NCBI GenBank assembly: GCA_965207735.1
Contig: OZ242296.1
Coordinates: 3,008,001-3,072,000, forward strand
Source: Candidatus Versatilivorator sp.
Lineage (GTDB): Bacteria > Acidobacteriota > Terriglobia > Versatilivoradales > Versatilivoraceae
DNA length: 64,000 nt
Direction of reading: 5' to 3'
Position numbers and translations under genes: made by a program. Of this stretch, positions 10,187 through 19,927 are shown piece after piece; the stretch's first letter is position 1; every line of letters starts with the position of its first letter. Under the pieces are notes generated by a model. It was not told the DNA's origin. It made no database searches and worked only from the letters and a program-made list of their open reading frames with translations.

Positions 10187-11044
10187 CTACAGCCCCACGC
10201 CGGCCTCTTCAGCCACGCGGCGGATAAATCCGGCGGCCTCGGCGAACTCCGGCTCGGTGGCCAGGTGCTCGATGATCAGGGGCGTTTCGGGAGACAGCCC
10301 CTCGATGCGGCGCAGGTAGGTGTGGTAGTCCAGCACGCCCCGCCCCGGCAGGACCTCCTGGATGGCCACCGTCCTGGAATCCAGGGCGTGGTGGATGTCC
10401 TTGGCGTGACAGGAGCGGATCCAGGGTCCCAGCAGGTCGAAGCAGCGGTCGATCACCTGGCCGGTGGAATAGAAGTCGTGGGGGTCCCGGATGGCGTTGG
10501 CCGGGTCCAGGTGCACGGCCAGCCCCGGCCGGTCCACCGCCTGCAGAATCCTCAGGTACACCTCCGGTCCGTCCAGCAGGGTCCAGGGAGACATCTCCAG
10601 CGTCAAGCGGGTGCGGCGGGGCTTGACCTCGTCCAGGACCTTCCTGACCCACTCGACCACCGCCCCGAAGGCCCTGTCACCGAAATTGTCGGGGTGGTGG
10701 CCCACGTGGGCGAAGGGCGAGCCGCTGGGGTCGAAGGAGCCGACCACGGTGGCGCAGCAGACCGCTTCCAGCTCGTCGGCAACGGCCAGCGTCTCGGCAA
10801 TTTTCTTCAGGTTCGCCCGCCGTTTTCCGTCGTCGGGATCCAGCGGGTTGACCCAGGCGGCCACCTCGGCCACCACGATGTCGGCGGCGGCGAAGGTCCG
10901 CTTGATCTCGGCAAGCTCGTCCCCGGCGCCGGCGAAGGCTTCAGGCCAACTGACAGCCCGATACCCCTGCTTGCGGCACTCCTCCACGTAGTCCCGGGAA
11001 TCCCTGGACCGGAGGTAGTCCTCGATGGTGGCCCCGAGCCTCAT
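10187..11044 (-). CDS. Sugar phosphate isomerase/epimerase TIM barrel
   Basis: LEMSPW, HLDPAN, CHAKD, IIEH. Confidence 0.85.
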   Translation of the reverse strand: MRLGATIEDYLRSRDSRDYVEECRKQGYRAVSWPEAFAGAGDELAEIKRTFAAADIVVAEVAAWVNPLDPDDGKRRANLKKIAETLAVADELEAVCCATVVGSFDPSGSPFAHVGHHPDNFGDRAFGAVVEWVRKVLDEVKPRRTRLTLEMSPWTLLDGPEVYLRILQAVDRPGLAVHLDPANAIRDPHDFYSTGQVIDRCFDLLGPWIRSCHAKDIHHALDSRTVAIQEVLPGRGVLDYHTYLRRIEGLSPETPLIIEHLATEPEFAEAAGFIRRVAEEAGVGL

Positions 11045-11075
11045 TCCACTCTCCTTTGCCGAGCGCCTTCAGGCG

Positions 11076-13493
11076 TCAGGCTTGTGGCTTGAGGATGCCG
11101 ATAGGCTCCCCCAGGTTCACCACCGTACCCTCGGGAGCAACCACATGAGCCAGAATGCCGTCGGCCGGCGCCTCGATCTCGGTGAGAGCCTTGTCGGTCT
11201 CCACCTCGACCACGGCCTGTCCATTCTTCACCGCATCTCCTACTTCCACCAGCCAGCGCATGACGGTGGCCTTGGTGATGGTCAGGTCCTGGTGGGGCAT
11301 GGTGATGGGGATGCCGCCTTCCACCGGCGGCGGTTGCGGTGCTTCCAGGGTTTCCCGCGGGGTGTCCTCAGACGCTTTGGAGGGAGATGGAGCGGACGCG
11401 AGTGGTGTGGTCGCCGCCGGGGCGGGTACCGATGAAGCGGCTGCCCTGCGCTCCAGGCGCCTGGGCGTGGGCGCGACTCCGGCCAGAACGGACTCGGCGG
11501 CGCGGCGGATACGGTCCACGGTGAGGGAGATGGCTGCTTCCAGGGGAGGACTGAAGGGATGGGCCACCGGCTCGGTATGCAGTCGGCCCACCGGGGCATC
11601 CAGCAGGTCGAAGCCCTGCTCCATCACCGCGGCTGCGATCTCGCCTCCCAGCCCGCACATGGAGAATGCCTCGTCCACCACCAGCAGGTGATGGGTCTTG
11701 GACAGGCTTTGGATAAGGGTGTCCACGTCCAGCGGAACGATGGTGCGCAGGTCGATCACCTCGCAACCAACCCCCCGGGATTGCAGTTGGTCGGCCGCCT
11801 CCAGGCATCGATGCACCAGCGCCCCGCAGGTGGCCAGCGTCAGGTCGTTCCCCGGGCGCGCCACGGCCGCTTGACCGAAGGGGACCACCCATTCCCCGGC
11901 CGGCACCTCGTCCTCACTGGACAGCAGCACCTTGGGCTCCATGATGATGACCGGATCGTCGGTGCGCAGCGCGGCAGTGAACAGTCCCTTGGCATCGGCC
12001 GCGTTGGAGGGAACCGCCACCATCAGGCCGGGACAGTGGGCCCAGATGGGATAGTAGGCGCCGCTGTGGTGGGGGCCGGCGCTCTTGATGACCCCCATGG
12101 GGGCCCGAATCAGGAGCGGCACGCTGAACTGGCCGTTACTCATGTAGCGCAGCTTGGCCGCCTGCTGAATGATCTGGGAAGCCGCCTCGAACATGAAGTC
12201 GCTGAACATCAGGTCGCTGACGGCGCGGCAGCCCCGGGCCGCCGCCCCGAAAGCAGCCCCGGTAAAGCCCAGCTCGCAGATGGGGGTATCGATCATGCGA
12301 TCGCCGCCGAACTCTTCCCACATCCCCTTGGTGTGGGCGAAGCTGCCGCCGCGCTGGCCGATGCCTTCGCCGAAGTAGATGAGGTTGGGGCTGCGCCTCA
12401 TCTCGGAGGCGATGGCGTCCCGGGTGGCCTCCAGCCAACCCTGTTTACGGGTTTCAGGTCGCGGCGATTGTCCCTCGGGCGCCCCGATCAGGGGACCCCA
12501 GACGGAATCGTGGACGGTGGACTCTGCCGGCAGCGGCGAATCCAGCGCGAACTTTTCGGCCTCGTCCATCCGCGACTCAATCCGGGACTCCAAGGCATCC
12601 AACTCGGCTTTGCTGGCCGTGCCGGTCCGGGTCAGGCGCCGGCCCAGGCGAAGAATAGGGCACTTCCGCTTCCACTGGTCGATCTCCTCCTGGGACCGAT
12701 AGGTGCCCGCCAGGGGTTCACCCTCGTGATGCCCCACCGTGCGATAGGTGCGGGCTTCAATCAGGGTGGGTCCCTGCCCTTCCCGGGCGCGTGCCGCCGC
12801 CTTCCCCATGACCCGATGGACGGCCAGCACGTCGTTGCCGTCCACGGTTTCCCCGGGGATGCCGTAGGCGGCCGCGCGGCTGGCGATGCGGGTGTTGCGG
12901 GTGGACGTGGCCAGTGGCGTGCTGGTGGCGTAGAGATTGTTTTCACAGACGAACACGACCGGCGCCGACAGGGTGGCCGCCAGGTTGAGGGACTCGTGAA
13001 AGGCGCCGTGGCTGACGGCTCCGTCGCCGAAGAAGGCCACCGCAATGCCGCCGTTGCCACGCCCCTTTTCCGCCAGCGCGGCGCCCACCGCGGCCGGAAT
13101 GCCGGCTCCGACCAGACCGTTGGTCCCCAGCAGACCGGTCTCGGCGTCGTACAGGTGCATGCTTCCCCCCCGGCCTCCATTGCATCCCGTGGATCGGCCG
13201 GCCAGCTCGGCCAGAGCCTTCTGGGGCGACAGCCCCTTGGCCAGCGCATGGCCGTGCCCGCGATGAGTGCTGGTGATCACGTCCTGATTGCTCAGGTGGG
13301 CGCACACCCCGACGGCAGTGGCTTCCTCGCCCACGTAGAGGTGTATGAAGCCGGGAATCTTCCCGCCCCGGTAGAGACGCTGCACCCGCAGCTCGAAAAG
13401 GCGGATCAATACCATCCGCTCGTAGAGCCGGAGCTGGGCGGCCTTGTCCACCGTCGAGGCCGACCCACTTTCATGCTTCCCAGGTCGAGTCAT
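11076..13493 (-). CDS. 2-oxoacid/acetoin dehydrogenase E1alpha-E1beta fusion with C-terminal lipoyl domain
   Basis: GFIHLYVGEEA, THRGHGH, GDGA...N TPP motif, DTPICE, C-terminal VETDKA lipoyl lysine. Confidence 0.92.
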   Translation of the reverse strand: MTRPGKHESGSASTVDKAAQLRLYERMVLIRLFELRVQRLYRGGKIPGFIHLYVGEEATAVGVCAHLSNQDVITSTHRGHGHALAKGLSPQKALAELAGRSTGCNGGRGGSMHLYDAETGLLGTNGLVGAGIPAAVGAALAEKGRGNGGIAVAFFGDGAVSHGAFHESLNLAATLSAPVVFVCENNLYATSTPLATSTRNTRIASRAAAYGIPGETVDGNDVLAVHRVMGKAAARAREGQGPTLIEARTYRTVGHHEGEPLAGTYRSQEEIDQWKRKCPILRLGRRLTRTGTASKAELDALESRIESRMDEAEKFALDSPLPAESTVHDSVWGPLIGAPEGQSPRPETRKQGWLEATRDAIASEMRRSPNLIYFGEGIGQRGGSFAHTKGMWEEFGGDRMIDTPICELGFTGAAFGAAARGCRAVSDLMFSDFMFEAASQIIQQAAKLRYMSNGQFSVPLLIRAPMGVIKSAGPHHSGAYYPIWAHCPGLMVAVPSNAADAKGLFTAALRTDDPVIIMEPKVLLSSEDEVPAGEWVVPFGQAAVARPGNDLTLATCGALVHRCLEAADQLQSRGVGCEVIDLRTIVPLDVDTLIQSLSKTHHLLVVDEAFSMCGLGGEIAAAVMEQGFDLLDAPVGRLHTEPVAHPFSPPLEAAISLTVDRIRRAAESVLAGVAPTPRRLERRAAASSVPAPAATTPLASAPSPSKASEDTPRETLEAPQPPPVEGGIPITMPHQDLTITKATVMRWLVEVGDAVKNGQAVVEVETDKALTEIEAPADGILAHVVAPEGTVVNLGEPIGILKPQA

Positions 13494-14284
13494 TGGGCCA
13501 TGAACCCCCCATCCACAAAGAGCACGTGCCCCGTCACCATGAGCGAGGCCTGTGAAATCAGAAACAGGCAGGGTCCCACCAGGTCGGCGGGTTCCGCCAG
13601 GCGTCCCGCCGGAATCCGTGACAGGATCTTCTCCAGCAGGGCCTCACGGTTTTCGAGGGCGGGGTTTTCCAGCACCGAGTCCAGCATCGGCGTGCGCACC
13701 TGGCAGGGGGCGATGGCGTTGACGCGAATCCCGAAGGGAGCCCATTCCACCGCCAACTCCCGGACCAGGGCGTTGACGCCCGCCTTGGAGGCGGCGTAGG
13801 CGCCCGTGCCCCGCCCAAAGGCTGCCGACGAGGCAATGCTGCTGAAATGCACCAGGCTGCCGCCGCGCCCCTGTTCGAGCAACACTCTTCCTACCGCCCG
13901 AGACACCAGGAAGCTGCCCCCCAGGCTGGTATGAATCGACTGGTCGAACTGCTGCTGGGTCATGCGCACGATGGGATTCAGTTGCTGCTTGACCGTCAGG
14001 TTGACGGCGAAGTCCAGGCTTCCCAGAAAGGCAACCGCCTGCTCCACCGCCCGGTCCACCTCATCCTCGCGATTGACATCGCATCCCATCCCGATGGCCC
14101 GGCCTCCCATATCCTGGATTCTCTCGGCGCCCTCGGCCGCCGCGGCCTCCCGAAGGTCGCACAGCGCCAGTTCGGCGCCGCCTCGGGCCATGCGATCGCA
14201 CAGCACCGTTCCGATGCCGCCGGCCGCCCCGAAGACAATGCCCTTGCGACCGTCTATCGCAAATAGCGTTGAAGTGTCGCTCAT
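13490..14284 (-). CDS. SDR family oxidoreductase
   Basis: GAAGGIG, YAASK; 4-bp overlap with downstream E1 fusion gene. Confidence 0.9.
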   Translation of the reverse strand: MSDTSTLFAIDGRKGIVFGAAGGIGTVLCDRMARGGAELALCDLREAAAAEGAERIQDMGGRAIGMGCDVNREDEVDRAVEQAVAFLGSLDFAVNLTVKQQLNPIVRMTQQQFDQSIHTSLGGSFLVSRAVGRVLLEQGRGGSLVHFSSIASSAAFGRGTGAYAASKAGVNALVRELAVEWAPFGIRVNAIAPCQVRTPMLDSVLENPALENREALLEKILSRIPAGRLAEPADLVGPCLFLISQASLMVTGHVLFVDGGFMAQ

Positions 14285-14580
14285 GGAGTTTACCGAGGCG
14301 TATTCTAGCAGAATGTCCCCGGGGCGGGGATTTTCAGTCGGAATCGGACCGCCGCCTGGCCTTCAACCTCCCGTGGTTTGGTGGTATACTGTGTCGGGTT
14401 GATTCTCTCCCTGAAATCCCGTTTAACTCCCTCCCCAAGAGTCATTTGTTGGACTCAGAGAACCGATGTCGCCCGCCTGCGGGGAGCCATGCGTACTGGC
14501 TTCCGCCTCTGGGACCCTCCCTCCCCAGTGGTCTGCGGTCGGGCATGTGAGACAATGAACCCGGAACGGTTGGAGGGAGC

Positions 14581-14808
14581 ATGAGCGGAGAAATGATGGC
14601 CATCCTGTCGGTGGGGATAGGCTTGGGCCTGCTATCGACCGGCCTGTTCGCCTGGCTGCGGGCCGACATGGTGAAAGTAGAGGAGCGGCTGCGGGCTGAC
14701 GTCAAGCAGTTAGCCGACCGGATCGGACGGCTCGAATACGGTCAGGCCAAGCTGGAGGGACTGCTGGAAGGCTTGAGGGAGGCGATCACCGGCCGGGCCG
14801 CCAGTTGA
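14581..14808 (+). CDS. Small N-terminally anchored coiled-coil protein
   Basis: GGAGGG RBS; one TM helix then heptad pattern (RLEYGQAKLEGLLEGLRE). Confidence 0.7.
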   Translation: MSGEMMAILSVGIGLGLLSTGLFAWLRADMVKVEERLRADVKQLADRIGRLEYGQAKLEGLLEGLREAITGRAAS

Positions 14809-14893
14809 AAGACCGGGGCTGGAAGAATTGTCGGGCGCGCAGGAATTTCCTTTCCTCAAGGGGGTCGCAGGAAGCGGCGCAGCCACAGCCGGA

Positions 14894-16594
14894 TCAGGGC
14901 CGGCGGTAGCGCACCTCCACCTCCAGTTTCTCGATCAGGATGGGTTCGGCTGCCTTCGGCCGGGGCTGGGTGAGGCGGAGACCGACCAGGTTAGAGCCGG
15001 GGGCAAACAGGTCCGGCGACAGCCGGTCGAAGACCAGCCAGCCACCCTTGGAGCTGGGCTTGCCCAGGTGGGCGTTGTTCAGCCGGGCTTCGATCAGGTT
15101 CTCGATTCCCCTGGCGGCAGGGATGTTCGCCAGGCGGCTGTCGGGATGGCCGATGGTGGCCACGGTAACTTCCTGGAGGCGCTTTTCCTGGGGCAGCCCC
15201 TCGGCCGAGGAGTCCGATAGCAGCAAGCGTAGCGAGAGCCCTTCCAAGTGTTCGCGCTCGGCGGCCAGGTCGTCGGCGACGGAGACGGTCAGAAGACTAT
15301 CGGCCTTGCCGTCGTTGGCCAGCGGAGCCGGCAGCGGGGCCAGCATGTTGGTGTTGAAATACATCCAGCGAGGCGTGGTCCAGTCCTGGGGGTTGGGAAT
15401 GACGGTGGGACCGTGCCCGCCGCCGCGGCGCTGCACTACGAATCGCTTGTTCTTGCGGTGCAGGGTCTGGGGGCTGCCGATTTCCCGGTAGGCCGTCAGG
15501 TGGGTATCCCAAACCCCGCGAAAGGGAAAATCCGGAGCATGGTTGAAGTTGAAGGTCTGGATGCCGTCCGCGCCCTGGCGCCACCAGTTGGCGGCCACGC
15601 CGCGATAGATGTCGATGGGAGGCGTGGCGTAGCCGTCTGAAGCGTGGTGGTCATCCACGCTGGGGTAAAGCTTGACGTGGGTGCCGGCGGTGATGCGGCG
15701 AAAGGCGGCGATGTCCACGTCGAAGCTGCGAATTCCCAGCGCCAGCACGTCCACCAACCCCTCGCTGACCCAGGTCTCGATATCCAGCCCGTCGAAGCGG
15801 CAGCCTTCCAGGTTTTCAGGGATTCGAGCTCCGACGAGCAGGGGCCGGCCCCGTTTCCGGGCCACTTCCTGGGTGATGGCTCGGAACTCCCGCATGAAGT
15901 CGGTCATCTTGTCCCGGTTGGCCCAGGCCTTGCCGGGGGGCAGCACGGGGCACACCCTGGCGAAGTCCAGCGAGATGCCGTCGTAGTCGAACCGCTCCGC
16001 GATTTCCCTCAAAATGCTCAACTTGTAACGGCGCACTTCGGGAATGGCGTAGTTCCACAGGCCGACCGGACCGGGCCAGGTGTGGATCAGCCATTCCGGG
16101 TGCTTCAGCTTCATGGGGACCTTGCGAAAGGGCCCCAGGTCGTTGTCGGAGCCGTTGATGCGAAAGTTGTAGAAGGCCTCGATACCCCGTTTCCTGGACT
16201 CCTCGGCAAAGATGGCGGCGATGTCGATGCCCTGCTCCTTCCAGCGCCGGTAACCCTCGCTGTCGTAGAGCGGCATGATCCGGCTGGGCCAGGGTGAGAC
16301 ATTGCCTTCCCCCCAGCACCACCAGACGCTGTCGATCTGAACATCGGCTGCGTCGATGACGTGGAATTTCCACTTCACCAGTTCGGCCGGATCTCGGCCC
16401 CCGAAACCGCGGTCGCCGGAAATGGTGTCGAAGTTGATGATGATGCGGCGGTCCCGGCCGGCGGCGGCGATGTGTTCGTCGGACAGTTGCACCGGCCTGG
16501 CGGCGTCTGCTGCGCGTGGTTCGGGCGCCGCGGCGGGGTGCGGGAGGACCAGGATCAAAAAGGCGGAAAGCGAAAAAGTTCGAAGAAGGGACAT
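14894..16594 (-). CDS. Secreted glycoside-hydrolase-like TIM barrel protein (GHL10-like)
   Basis: Signal peptide; HPEW, WNYAIPEVR, DYDGISLDF, GADGIQTFNF. Confidence 0.65.
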   Translation of the reverse strand: MSLLRTFSLSAFLILVLPHPAAAPEPRAADAARPVQLSDEHIAAAGRDRRIIINFDTISGDRGFGGRDPAELVKWKFHVIDAADVQIDSVWWCWGEGNVSPWPSRIMPLYDSEGYRRWKEQGIDIAAIFAEESRKRGIEAFYNFRINGSDNDLGPFRKVPMKLKHPEWLIHTWPGPVGLWNYAIPEVRRYKLSILREIAERFDYDGISLDFARVCPVLPPGKAWANRDKMTDFMREFRAITQEVARKRGRPLLVGARIPENLEGCRFDGLDIETWVSEGLVDVLALGIRSFDVDIAAFRRITAGTHVKLYPSVDDHHASDGYATPPIDIYRGVAANWWRQGADGIQTFNFNHAPDFPFRGVWDTHLTAYREIGSPQTLHRKNKRFVVQRRGGGHGPTVIPNPQDWTTPRWMYFNTNMLAPLPAPLANDGKADSLLTVSVADDLAAEREHLEGLSLRLLLSDSSAEGLPQEKRLQEVTVATIGHPDSRLANIPAARGIENLIEARLNNAHLGKPSSKGGWLVFDRLSPDLFAPGSNLVGLRLTQPRPKAAEPILIEKLEVEVRYRRP

Positions 16595-16661
16595 GAGGGG
16601 CCTCTTGCACCGGCATCCTGAAGGGGCGGCGCACGTTGCGGCGGGATGAGACGCCCGCCGG

Positions 16662-18626
16662 CTATAGATAGGTCCACACGATGACCGAGATCCCCAGGAA
16701 GAAGGCGCCGCAAATCAGCAGGCCGGCCTGCATGAACCAGGGCGGTCGAAGCCGGGCCGGCAGCAGGGTGCGGTTGACGTAGAGGGTGTGCAGACCCGTG
16801 CAACCCAGCGCCACGTTCCCCAGCACCGCGCCGATGATGGCCAGTTGGAGGGGCTCGAACAGGGACAGCCAGACCAGGCCCCAAACGGCGTAAATGCCCA
16901 GGATGGTGTAGTAGATGTAACGTACTTGGGGACCTCGAAGACTTTGGGCCCGCCGGCTGCTCGACCAGACCACGTCGGTCCAGCGCCGTGCTATGGCTTC
17001 TCCCGAGAAGATCTGACCCGGAGCCAGAATCAGGAACCCGCACAGCAGAGTGGCGGGCCAGAGCAGCCACTGGAGATCCGGGTACCTGCGGGCCGCGCCG
17101 TCGGCGATCATGGCTGCCGCGCGGTGCCCCTCCACCGGCACGTTCCGAAGAAATTCCATAGACACCAGGCAGGGCAGGGCCATCCCCAGGAAGCAGCAGA
17201 ATGTCCACACCACCAGTTGGTCCCGCCTGACGTAACGCATCCAGCCGCGCCAACGCCCCATATTCGCCTCGTCCAGAGGAAAGGTCTTCCCGACGTGCAG
17301 GAGCGTCACCGAACTGCCGCCCACGGCGCTGGGAATGGCTCCCACCAGCTTGCCCATCCCCCAGCCTTTGTCGCGGGCGTAGTTGGAACAGAGAGCGTTG
17401 GAGGTGCCTCCGATGCCGGCAATGGCGGCGAAGGCGGCCAGAATAGCCCAGTTGAGGTCGGGCAATCGGCCGTGTTCCCACAGATAGCCCAGCATGCCCA
17501 CTCTCTCCACACCCTGGTAGGCGACCAGTTCCTTGGCGCGGCCGGCTACCGCGGCAGGAAGATCCTCAAGGCGATCGTAGGATTGGGTCTGTCCGGATTG
17601 CCGGACCTCGATCCTGTCCGGCTTCCAGGTGCGATCGGCCAGGACCTGCCCGGCCAGCCGCAGCCGGACACCGTCCTGGGTGTCCTCCACGAAAAAGCGG
17701 TCCTCCCGGGCGAGGGAGGCTGCGCGGTCGACCAGGCCTTGACGCACCGCCGCCAGTTCGGCCGGCACGGAAGCATGCATACCGAATCGCTTCGCCTCCC
17801 GGCCCCGTGCGGCCACGAACTCGGTGACCAGCGTCTGGTCGGGTTCAACGGTTCCCTTGATGGTGTAGCGGCCGCCGCCGCTGGACTCGCTCAGCTCGAA
17901 ATGGGGCCCCACGACGATGGTATCGGCCCGCAATGGCAAGGCTCCGAACCGGAAGAAACCGGTCACCACCTCGTAAACGTTGGAATAGGAGGCCGTGAAG
18001 AGTGCCAGGATGCAGAGGAAGCCCAGCACCAGGATGACCTTGAAGGACATCAGGCGTTCAATGCTGCGATAGATGGTGCCGCCGAATATCAGGGGGAGAA
18101 ACGCCAGCAGGAAAACGCTGTAGCCGAGCAGTTTGACCAGCCGCACCTCGGACACGGAGGTTCCCAACAACTGCACGGTCCCGTCGCCCGGCAGGTGGCC
18201 CAGAAGGGCCGCCGCCAGCGGCACGGCGGCCGTGGCCGCCATGAAGGGCCAGATATTGCTGACATCCATCAGAAGGTACCAGGCCGTCCACACTTTCCGC
18301 CCCGGCCAGGTCCGCAAATAGCCCACGTAGATCGGCTCGCCGCAGTAGAGGGCGTAGCGCATCACCTCCAGGTTGACGAAGAGTTGGCAGAGAATGCTGA
18401 TGGTGGCCAGCCAGAGGATGGTGCCGCCGTACTGACTGGCAACCACCGGCCCGAAAAGCCACTCCCCGGCGCCGATGGCGACCCCGGCCATCATCATGCC
18501 GGGACCGATCAAGGCCACCCAGCTACGAAGCCCCATTGCCGGCGGGGCCGGGAGGTTGGCCATGGTCCAGCCCGGAAGTTTTCCCGCGGCCACGGTGTCG
18601 GTTCTTGCGGAAGGAGTATCGTTCAT
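16662..18626 (-). CDS. Nramp-related (LeuT-fold) transporter with large soluble insertion
   Basis: IGPG...IGAGEW start, many TM helices, ~150-aa hydrophilic insert. Confidence 0.75.
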   Translation of the reverse strand: MNDTPSARTDTVAAGKLPGWTMANLPAPPAMGLRSWVALIGPGMMMAGVAIGAGEWLFGPVVASQYGGTILWLATISILCQLFVNLEVMRYALYCGEPIYVGYLRTWPGRKVWTAWYLLMDVSNIWPFMAATAAVPLAAALLGHLPGDGTVQLLGTSVSEVRLVKLLGYSVFLLAFLPLIFGGTIYRSIERLMSFKVILVLGFLCILALFTASYSNVYEVVTGFFRFGALPLRADTIVVGPHFELSESSGGGRYTIKGTVEPDQTLVTEFVAARGREAKRFGMHASVPAELAAVRQGLVDRAASLAREDRFFVEDTQDGVRLRLAGQVLADRTWKPDRIEVRQSGQTQSYDRLEDLPAAVAGRAKELVAYQGVERVGMLGYLWEHGRLPDLNWAILAAFAAIAGIGGTSNALCSNYARDKGWGMGKLVGAIPSAVGGSSVTLLHVGKTFPLDEANMGRWRGWMRYVRRDQLVVWTFCCFLGMALPCLVSMEFLRNVPVEGHRAAAMIADGAARRYPDLQWLLWPATLLCGFLILAPGQIFSGEAIARRWTDVVWSSSRRAQSLRGPQVRYIYYTILGIYAVWGLVWLSLFEPLQLAIIGAVLGNVALGCTGLHTLYVNRTLLPARLRPPWFMQAGLLICGAFFLGISVIVWTYL

Positions 18627-18660
18627 GAGGAAAGGGAACCTCGCGTCCCGGGTCCAGGGG

Positions 18661-19719
18661 TCAACTCAAGGCAACCGTTTTTCCCGTGCGAGCCGATTCG
18701 TACAGCGCCAGCACACTTCGGAGGAGGGCACGGCTGAGATCCAGCGAAACCACCGGGGCGGCGCCGTCCAGGATACAGGCTTCCATGGCTTTGACTTCCG
18801 CCTCATAGGAATCCACGGCCGGAATCCGGATAATTTCCTGACCGCGGTCTGTGCCGGTGAAGGTCAAGCGCCCTTCTTTAGGGGGATTTCCCGGCCATTC
18901 CGCTCCCGACAGGTGGTCCATGACGGTCAGCATTCCCCGCGTGCCGATGATCTGGGCTCCGCGGCGAGGAGGCGACTGCATACCACAGGAGATTTGCGCC
19001 ACCATCCTGTTCGGGAACCGCATCTGGCCGATCAGGGTGAGATCCACACCCGTGGGCCCAACCGTTTGCTGAGCCCAGACCTCGCTGGGAGGTGTCCCGC
19101 CCGCCAGGGCGATGGCGAAGGCGTTGGGATAGACGCCCACGTCCCACAATCCGCCGCCGGCCAGTTCCGGTTGCAAACGGATGTTGCCGCGGTCTTCCGG
19201 GGGCAGACAGAAGGCATCCCAGCACGTCACCAGTTCCACCTCGCCCAGGCGTCCCTCTGCCATCATCCGCTTGATGGTTTGGATCTGCGGATGATGGAGA
19301 AAGGAGAATGCTTCGAAGATCGTGACCCCGTGTTCCCGGGCAGCCGTTTCCACTACCTGCAGATCCTCCAGGCTGGTCACCAGCGGTTTTTCGCACATGA
19401 CGTGCTTGCCGGCTCGGGCGGCGCGAATGGTCCATTCGGCGTGCAGGGTGTTGGGCAGCGGGTTATAGATAACGTCGATCTCCGGGTCCTCAACCAGCTC
19501 CTCGTAGCTGCCGTAGGCCCTTGGAATCTGGTTGTCCGCGGCATAGGCCGCGGCCTTTTCCAGGCCGCGGCTGGCCACCGCAGCCAAGCGGCTGCGGGCG
19601 GAGCGCTGCATGGGGCCCACCATGGCGACGTTGATCCAGGCCGTCGACAGCAGGCCCCAGCGGACTTTGTCGGTGGCGAGCGCGGTGGCGGCCAAGGCAA
19701 CCTTCCCCGGTCGCTGCAT
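18661..19719 (-). CDS. Gfo/Idh/MocA oxidoreductase
   Basis: AGKHVMCEKP, GGGLWDVGVY. Confidence 0.92.
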   Translation of the reverse strand: MQRPGKVALAATALATDKVRWGLLSTAWINVAMVGPMQRSARSRLAAVASRGLEKAAAYAADNQIPRAYGSYEELVEDPEIDVIYNPLPNTLHAEWTIRAARAGKHVMCEKPLVTSLEDLQVVETAAREHGVTIFEAFSFLHHPQIQTIKRMMAEGRLGEVELVTCWDAFCLPPEDRGNIRLQPELAGGGLWDVGVYPNAFAIALAGGTPPSEVWAQQTVGPTGVDLTLIGQMRFPNRMVAQISCGMQSPPRRGAQIIGTRGMLTVMDHLSGAEWPGNPPKEGRLTFTGTDRGQEIIRIPAVDSYEAEVKAMEACILDGAAPVVSLDLSRALLRSVLALYESARTGKTVALS

Positions 19720-19927
19720 TTGCCCCCGGCCGATATGCCGCAGGCGAGCAGGAACGATCGATGTGTGAAGATCCGGAACTCACGGCATCATAGGTGGCCG
19801 CCTGGGGACTGTCAAGGCGGGGAGCGGCCTCCCCCGGTTCGACAGAAACCGGCGAGTCCATTTGAGGTATGATCTGAAAAACGATCAGATCCGACCCCTT
19901 TCGAGCACCCATGGGAGGAGCGACATC

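Noticed and set aside
11559-13799. Long antisense ORFs (746 aa here; also 16788-18737, 24693-26375, 27102-29183, 36714-38459 and others)
   Set aside because: Shadow frames of well-supported genes in high-GC DNA; no recognisable motifs
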